Assembly: GCA_051362555.1 (NCBI GenBank) | Contig: CM120643.1 | Span: 14,668,644-14,732,643, forward strand | Source of the DNA: Lingula anatina | Taxonomy: Eukaryota; Animalia; Brachiopoda | DNA length: 64,000 nt | Direction of reading: 5' to 3' | Shown here: positions 51,789 to 64,000 of the stretch, one piece after another | How the letters are laid out: each line of letters begins with the position of its first letter | How positions within the stretch are numbered: position 1 is the first letter of the stretch | Notes under the pieces: model-generated | The model's database searches: none | What the model was told of the DNA's origin: nothing | What the model saw: only the letters and a program-made list of their open reading frames with translations | Position numbers and translations under genes: made by a program

Positions 51789-54170
51789 TTTTCTTCCGTT
51801 TGAGCCGAAACAGACAGTACACACGAACACTGAGGAGTATTTTGCAATGCTGAGTGTGATAAACATGATTCTATGCGTTTCAATGTGCGTCATATTTAAA
51901 CTTTTAAAATGGTGAAATGACAGGGACTGGATATACCGTTTTTGATTTGAAAGAAGGGCGGTAGTAATTAAAAGTTCACGGGCAGTAAAATCATCAATTC
52001 ACAAATCACAGTAAATAAAACTTTATATATATGTCACTGTTAATGCGCGTCAAAAATCCTGACAATCACGAATCACCGGATAAAATGACTTCGTTTTGCG
52101 TGCAGTTGGTAGGACGGAGAATAAAAGAGCCGCATCCACGACTCACCGGAATGCTGTGCTTAACGAATCACGCTAAATAAAATGAACGTTCCACGCATCT
52201 CGGGTAATAAAAATGGCTTTCAAGGGTAACGAAAATACCATTTCTACATTCAAAGTTAGTTCCTGTTTTTTTTTTTTTTTTTTTTTTAAGTTTTATTTTA
52301 GTATAGCCATCAATGGAGGTCACGTGGTCCGATGACAAGCACAGATTTCAGAGTAATTTGCTATAGCTGCCGTTTTTGTGGTAAAATAGAAAATATTTTA
52401 TTTCTAATGAGTTGTTTACAATGCATTTATTGTGAAATATAGATCTCATACGAAGAGTTGTTATCCCTGTAATTTCTTTGACATCAGTTCTCCGTCAGTG
52501 GTCAGCTTAAGGGCTGGATAACATAGATGTTAGGGATATGAGGACAAAAGATGTGGAAACTTCCTCCACTTTTTTCCGTGCTCAGGTATCTGATGAATAC
52601 GCATAAAGGAGGAGTGTGCAATTCTATACATGTCAGTTGTCTTTTTTTTTCAAATAAAATGTTTGATTATTTTATATATAACTTTTCTTTGCTTTCTCTG
52701 CATTATTGAATACAGTCTAGGCCTTTACAGAGAAAAGCCCGCTTGTTATCTTGACGGTATTCCGCATCTTCCCTTCCTCTGGCGATGGAAAAGCTAAGTT
52801 CATTGGCGGATTTAGAGGGGGAATCATGTGGGTAGTAGGAATAAAAGTTAGAAATTCAATTGGCATTGGAAAATAAGTTAGAAAATCCAATAGGCATTAA
52901 ATATAAATAAAGTACTGCTTTGAAAGAAAGTAAGTTTTAAATTTTTACTGACATATTTCCAAAATTATGCTCGGATTAATTTTAGTGTATCTTTTTTTTT
53001 ACCAAGACCAGGAATTTTGAAAGAAGAAAACATGTTGATTGAATGTGTGACAACATTAAATGACGGGCCATGGTATTTTTTTACACCTGAAGTTACCGAC
53101 CTGTAATTGCTTGTCCCTTACATATCCCATGTTTATTTAAAAAGGTGTTTTCATAAAAGAAAATAAAAATTATAAAAACAGACACAGTCAATCAAATTTT
53201 TATTTATTAACTATGCATGCAGTTGTTCTATTGATGAAAATGTCAAACAAAGACAGTCATACAACAAATTGATTTCACCTTAAATATAGGTAGGCCCTAA
53301 ACATAAAGGGGCTAAATAAATAGGCCTACTGGCGTCTTGAGTTCTTGAGTTTATAGAGGCATTCCGTGCGTAAGTTTTGATATATATAAACAATGTTTAA
53401 CATATGACCTTGCCGATACGGCTACCTGTGGAAGGATCAAGGCTAAGGTGTATATAACACAATTTTTGTTATTACAAACTTTGCCGTGCTTAGAACGCAG
53501 CTTAAAACAACATTTCATTCTTGCAGAATAAGAATAAAACTGTTCGCACTTTATAATTCTAAAAAAAAATGGCAAATTGCCATTGAAACTTAAATAATAA
53601 AAAAAATTAATTAAATTTCATTTATTTTATTTTTAGATATAGGTGAGTTTTAAAGGCCTTAGATCTAAAGTTCTATTTTGGAAAGTCAATTTTTTGTCAC
53701 AAAAACCAACCAAATGCCAGCATATAGTTTCAAGTAGTATAACTAAGAGAATTACCAAAAGGCATTGTTTAATTTTACTCGAAAATGATGTTTGAACAGA
53801 TTTTTCTGCTGGCATTCTAAGCTGTATGTCAATGGGGTAGGAAAGTAGGTCACTGAAGTAGGTTAAATTTACAACCATAAATTTAAAGAAAGGAGCAGTC
53901 TAAAGGTCTTTTATGGCTGATCGAGTGATCTATTCAGTTTATCCCTTGGCATGTCGAATTTATTTGAGCCATATAAGAATCTAGTAGAAGTGGTTTACAT
54001 GTGTTACTTGGAATCCACTCTCCACCGATGCTCGGTTCGTATGTACCCTTAAGCTTATCAGTAAGCTTATCACAGTGGAAAAAATGTAGACAGGTGGCGC
54101 GTCAAGCAAATAGCGATTCCAATCTACTGCGCGAGAGTTCTGCGCAACTTCCGTAAGCAAAGCATCAAGC

Positions 54171-58284
<4,114 letters not shown>

Positions 58285-61200
58285 TAAGTCACATCATAGT
58301 AAGTTTATCAGTACACGTGACAAATTTTTATTATGTATTATGTTGTCTCAGTTGGATGCCTGATAATCGTGGTTAACTTATATATTTATTACATAAGTCC
58401 CTCTTTCAGTATATCATTACCCATTTGAAAATTATGTCTAAGAGGGGATGATTTCAGGGGGCGGGTTGGGGTATATGTTTCATTTTGGGAACTTGTAGCC
58501 TGTTGTTAAAATTTTCTGAATTAGTTAATCATTGGCTGACTTAGAATCGATTAGAATTTGGAAGAGATCCATTAATTGCTTGTTTTTTTTTTTTTTAATT
58601 AATAAATTGATAAGAATAAGAATTGAGCTGTCCCCACTCAGTGCTTCTCTATTTATTTATTGTGTAGTCCGGTCTCAGCAGCATTGTGCTGGTTGTGACT
58701 TTGTGACGTACATCTCAACTAATGCAATGAGTGGCTAGTTTCATTGCACACGCTAGTTTAGTTTCATATGCACACGTGCTTGGCTCAAACTTGCCATTGG
58801 AATATCTGCCAGATGCTGAGGAGAATTAATTATTATTTATTTTTTCTTAAGAATTAAGAGACTTTTCTTATTTTACGTCTATGTTGTTATGTTTAAGTGC
58901 ACAGTTTACTATTTGGCTTTGGTGACTTTTTGTTCTGGAGAGATTGCATGGCTTGCTGTACTGTTGAATGACCACTTTTCTTGCTTGGGTTCCAGATTTT
59001 CAGTAACCATGTTAGTTTTAAAAATAATAATTTGCATAAAAGGAGAAATCAATGGACTCAAGTAGAAGGAGAAAATTTTGATTTGTTGTAGTATTTGGGA
59101 AGTGACCTATTTATTATGTGGATAGTAACAAGTAAATTGGTAATTTTGATGGAGACTGTTTTTGAAAAATTATAAAATCTTTCTGTTTACTAATTTCACC
59201 CCTTTCAACTGGTTAACTTTTTTTTTGTTTCAAATATAAGTGTCCATTCTACATTATTTTTATAGAATCAATCAAAATTTATATGAGGAACCTTTTTATA
59301 AGTTTATTTTAATATAATTAGTTGTAGAAAAGTAAATTTTGGATTCAGTAAGTAATTATAGATACATAATTGTAGCGTAGGTAAAGCAGGAAAGTCATTA
59401 TTCAAACAAATGTATGCCTTAATAAGCTTGCTTAAATTTAGTATGTGAAGCATTTGTTCATTATGACAAAATAAGTGGAAAACCATTTGAGTTGTGACAT
59501 TTAAATAGCCATGGTTTCTAAAGGACCAAAACAATAACGAAGACACGACTAATAGACCCAAGATGAAGTAAAGTCAACTGATTTTCTTTGTATACAAACC
59601 ATTAGAAACTTTGCACCAAATCAAAAAGTTGAAGCAAATAAATAATGAATTGTGCATAAAAGCTAAGATTTAATATTTTCCTTAGCCAAGTCAGGATATG
59701 TTTCACATTTGCTAAGTAAGAGTTGGCCCAGGGTTAGATACCCTCCAGTTTTTATGTGTTACTATACTTACAGGCTTGGTAATTTACCCACACAAAGGAA
59801 AATGCATTTTAAAAGTGACAATTTTATTTTTGACACAACCTAATTGTCAGTTGTCTATCAGCTGACTGGTATCAGTGGCACATCTTGCTTTTCTCATTAA
59901 ACACCAGTACTTCCATTCAGACCTAAAAACTGATAAACAGATGTCATTGGAAGCTTTTTTCTCAGAGGAATCATACCTCATGGGGTTTTATATTTTATTT
60001 CAATGTGAAAAAGGTGTGACTCCTCCGTTTGACTCACTTATTACTCATGAGAAATCAGATTTTAATTCGAGATCAAATTGTGAAAACTGAATTGGAAATA
60101 ACCTCCACCATCTGGAGAGCAGTTGGGGTGTAAAGGACGGCGCTTTAGCATCTGATGGATTGTTTGTCTCCTTGATTATGAAATAAGAATATTTTATTTA
60201 TTTATTTATTTAAAAATACATCATGATTGTTTTGATTGTTTTCTAGTACAAATTTAAAAAAAATCTTATGTGAGCTTTTATTTTCTACAGCTTCAAATTT
60301 GTTATTTTTTTTAGACTCAGAAATTTGTTTCAGTGAAACCAATTTTTTTTTAATTCTCTGTTTTTCCAAATTTTGGGTAAATGAAAATTTTTGTGAATAC
60401 TATATCATATGGCTTGCATTATGTTTGATTACCTGTTTGAGATGTTTCTTTTTAATGTAAAAAAAAGGAACGGACTCAGATCTCAATTTTTGGCCAAGAT
60501 AGAACAATAGCAAACAGGTGTCCCTTAGGCAGTGATACTGTTCAACACGATACGTTAGTTATTGTGCGTATCTCTGTGCCCCTTCTTTTTTTAAAAAAGG
60601 TGACCATCTGGGATCCCATATTGTTGCTATATTATAAGATTAGGGCCAGTCCTTTACTTTGAAATGAAGATTCATTAGAAGATCCACAAAAAGTGCCATT
60701 TGTTATTCTGACATTGGCCATTTCTCTGGGAGAAAATTTAATTTCATTCTGTAATGTATCTGCTGTATTGAATTGTTCAACAAGACAAAGAAAGGGTCCT
60801 GCCAACTGTTGGATAAATAGGCATAAAGAAAGCAGCTAGTTGACCTGAGGATTCTAACACTGGCCATGTCTATGGCTTTATTTATATTTGTAGAAAACAC
60901 ATATCTTGTACAAAATAGTAAAAAATTTTGGTTTGAAATGTTTTGTAAAAGATAATTTTATAAATAAACAATTAAATATGCTATGACATGTGCATGAAGT
61001 ACAATTGCTATCTCTAAACCTAAATTTCAAGCTTTGATAATAACATGCAAAACAATAATAATAATTATTATAACAATGATGAATAAAAATGGAAGAGAAC
61101 GTTGATAAATAGATGGATATATAATACAGAAATATAAATGGGCACATTTATTAAATGTAAAACTATTTTTTTCTAATTAATACTTCGGCAAACATCTTAT

Positions 61201-61773
61201 TTGTGATCATATTTGTCATACCCATGTTAGAAATTGGCATTTGATAATGGCAATAATTCCAATTACAAAAGATTACATGTTGAATGGACACTTGTATTTG
61301 AATACATTGGAACCTTATGAAGGCCAAGTGTAAACATTTCACACAATAGACACTTACACTCAAAGTACATGTGGAATAATAAAAAGGCGTGTTCACTCTA
61401 GTCTAAGTTGGAATGATATGGATGGCTTCTTTACCTTTTAAATTGTACTAAATGAAATCCATCCAAGGTGTTTTCTTCATTAAACTACTATTTCTCAATA
61501 GCTAGCAGCTTTGTGATTTTATAAGGGTAGTATAATTCTTAATGTAAAACCAGGTAATTTGCAGTTAAAATTGAAAAGTCAAGATCAATTTTATAAAAGA
61601 ACTTAAGTCAGAAAATTATTCTAAACTTGCAGACCAAAAATTTGGTCTACTTAAGTTCAAGATAGAGCCATGAACAAAATAATAAATGTTATACATATAA
61701 TATATGAGATAATAAATAAGAAAAAAATATTGGTCTGAAACACTAGTCTTTTTTGTTATAAAACAAGCACAAT

Positions 61774-61959
61774 GAGTGCATTCAGAGCAGCGGACTAACA
61801 GATCCGTGGATCAAATATGACAACCCTCTAAAAAGGCTTGCCGCTTAATTCCCAATTAGACACTGAAAAGATTCCCTGCAGAGATTACGCAACCAGCATT
61901 CAAGTGGGTGGGCCATATTTGATCCGCTGATCTGTTAGTCCACTGTTCTGAATGCGCTC
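61774..61959. mobile_element. Fold-back MITE
   Basis: GAGTGCATTCAGAGCAGCGGACTAACAGATC..GGATCAAATATG / CATATTTGATCC..GATCTGTTAGTCCACTGTTCTGAATGCGCTC. Confidence 0.7.
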
Positions 61960-63260
61960 TAAAAGTTTTAACTAATTTTCTGGCTAAAGTTATTTTGCAA
62001 AATGGGTCCATGGTGCAACAGCATGCATATCATTCTCTTCACATCAAGTAGAAACAGGCCTGAACTTGGCATATCCATCTGCCATATTCAGCCATCTGCT
62101 GCCTATAGAGTACAATTATATAATGTTTTATAATCTAATATATATACTAATAAGGTTAGTGAGGACCTCATTACTGTTGATACTGCCAATGTCTGAGCCA
62201 AGTGTAGAGGAAAATTGGATAGATTTATTATGGGAGTTGGTATGGTTATGTCAGATGTGTTTGACTTTAGGGTTGAACTGAGGACACCTGGGAGAGAAAA
62301 GTGATTTTAGAGTTATGGTTTTACTCAAGAGTCGCTGTGTTTATATCCCCAAAATGTAGGTACCTCACCTCTGTTCTTGTTTTTTTTTGTTTTTGTTTTT
62401 TTTTTTTCCACATAGGTCTTTGAAACCAATGGTTGGTTTAAACTTAGATTATATTTTTTTCCATCTACTTTGACCTAAATAAGTCAGTGTTAGGACATAT
62501 TGATTTAATTTTGTGCCTGTTTTATGAGAAAAAAGTTGTGGCAATTGTTCTAGAATAACTGGTATTTTTTTGTAGTTTTTGTGTTTTTTTATGAATTTGT
62601 CCCAAATCCAAGTTGATTAACTGTAAAAATTCTATTGTGTAATGACCCCTTGGAATTCACTTAGGTGGCTGGTGGTACATAGCATGGGGGACCCCTCGCT
62701 TCTTGATTTTATTAAAACATTTTTCAAAACAAAATGACAAAGTATGTTTAAGATTTATATGGTATGTATTGATCAAAAGTTCTTTAACAACAACTGATTC
62801 AATATCTTTGATCTGACCTGTGGCTACAAGGTCTCTTCTAAGCCTATTTGATTTGAAATAGATTGACAGTGATTAGACCCAAGGCGTTTTTCACCTTCAA
62901 CAACAAATGTCTAGGCAGAAACATTAGTGGTGGCTTTGAGTGATCCATCAGTGTATTATCTAAGATATCAAATTTTGCCAAGAGCTGATTAGCTTGAATC
63001 AAACAACAGTGGGAGGGGGGTGGGTGGGTTACACTGACTGAAATTGATTGTCTGAACAATTTTGCCCTAGAAACAGAAGTAATTCTTCTAAGTTTTTGAA
63101 GGGACTATTTGAAATTATTCCAGAGCTATGAAAGTCCTGCACTATTAGATTGGCTTCTATAATGGTTAGAGACAGAAATCGTATCATTCCTGAGGTAGTA
63201 CATGAATAAAATGAAGTCATCAAAACTATACTAAAAATGCAGGCTGCAGCCCGATGTCGC

Positions 63261-63366
63261 GGACCACAGTATTAAAAATATTGCAATTTTTTCAGTACTG
63301 TTGTCCCTGAAATGTGTCAGGGACAACAGTATTAAATAAATTGTAATATTTTTAATACTTAGGTCC
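63261..63366. repeat. ~105-bp imperfect palindrome
   Basis: GGACC..AGTATTAAAAATATTGCAATTT..TACTGTTGTCCCTGA / TCAGGGACAACAGTA..AAATTGTAATATTTTTAATACT..GGTCC. Confidence 0.7.
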
Positions 63367-64000
63367 CTGGTAACAAGTCTTACGTCAACTTGGGTTTTTA
63401 TCTACAACCATTCTGAATCCAAAGCTTGTCACCAAATGGCTTAATTAACTCATAAGGGATTACAATGTCTGTGGTGCAGGCAAGCCTCTATCCCCAGGAT
63501 GGATTAGAGTTAATGGCCTCGCTGTTACGTTATTGTCATATTCAATACTGCTACGTGACGGAAATACATAATACAATGTCAAGCTACACATCAGCAACAT
63601 CTACAGACAGTTTCCAATCCACAGTGCTTGCAGTGAAGTGTCTCAAATACTAGGATTAGCAGTGGACCAGATAAATATCCCTCAGATCAAGGAAACCCCT
63701 AAAAATCACTTGGGTCCTGATTATGTAATAGTCACACATATGGTGATAGGTCCACTTTGTGCTATAAAAGCTCTTATATAATAACCTTGCTGTCATCTGC
63801 CGTTATTCAAGAGCAATGGCACCCAAGAGCCTCTTGCACAATACTGTCAAATACAAAGTGGATGATCATTCTGTTACAGTATTGTCACTGACCACAGCTT
63901 ATCATCTCGGGCAGCCAAGTGCCTCTCATATACTAAATTAAAGGTCTGTGGTCATATTGTTAAGGTATTGTCACCGAGTAAAAGCATTGTCATAGGCTAA

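Overview
AT-rich, intron-rich animal genomic DNA, probably an invertebrate bilaterian (mollusc/lophotrochozoan-like repeats; this is inference). Most short ORFs in the track are intronic noise, so genes were assembled by hand from GT..AG splice sites and phase. Genes: (1) the probable 3' end of an unidentified + strand gene (~178-6266); (2) complete 20-exon katanin p80 KATNB1 on the - strand (42713->16906, 702 aa); (3) a head-to-head 3-exon C8orf82/UPF0598 homolog (43155-45544, 223 aa); (4) a divergent Shaw-like voltage-gated K+ channel with 2 coding exons (49533-51427, 505 aa), a PVP->PIA S6 gate and a low-charge S4; (5) NUDT21/CFIm25 exons 1-6 (54171-58208), with its last micro-exon not found. 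The most striking non-genic structure is a pair of non-autonomous Helentron-type elements in the last KATNB1 intron. They carry 146-bp tandem monomers, each with an invariant AGGTCAAAGGTCA (DR1) nuclear-receptor-type motif. One copy has a higher-order repeat; the other ends about 16 nt from the terminal splice acceptor. Many fold-back/TIR MITEs, a Gypsy-like relic and microsatellites are also present. There are no prokaryotic features such as CRISPR arrays or operons.
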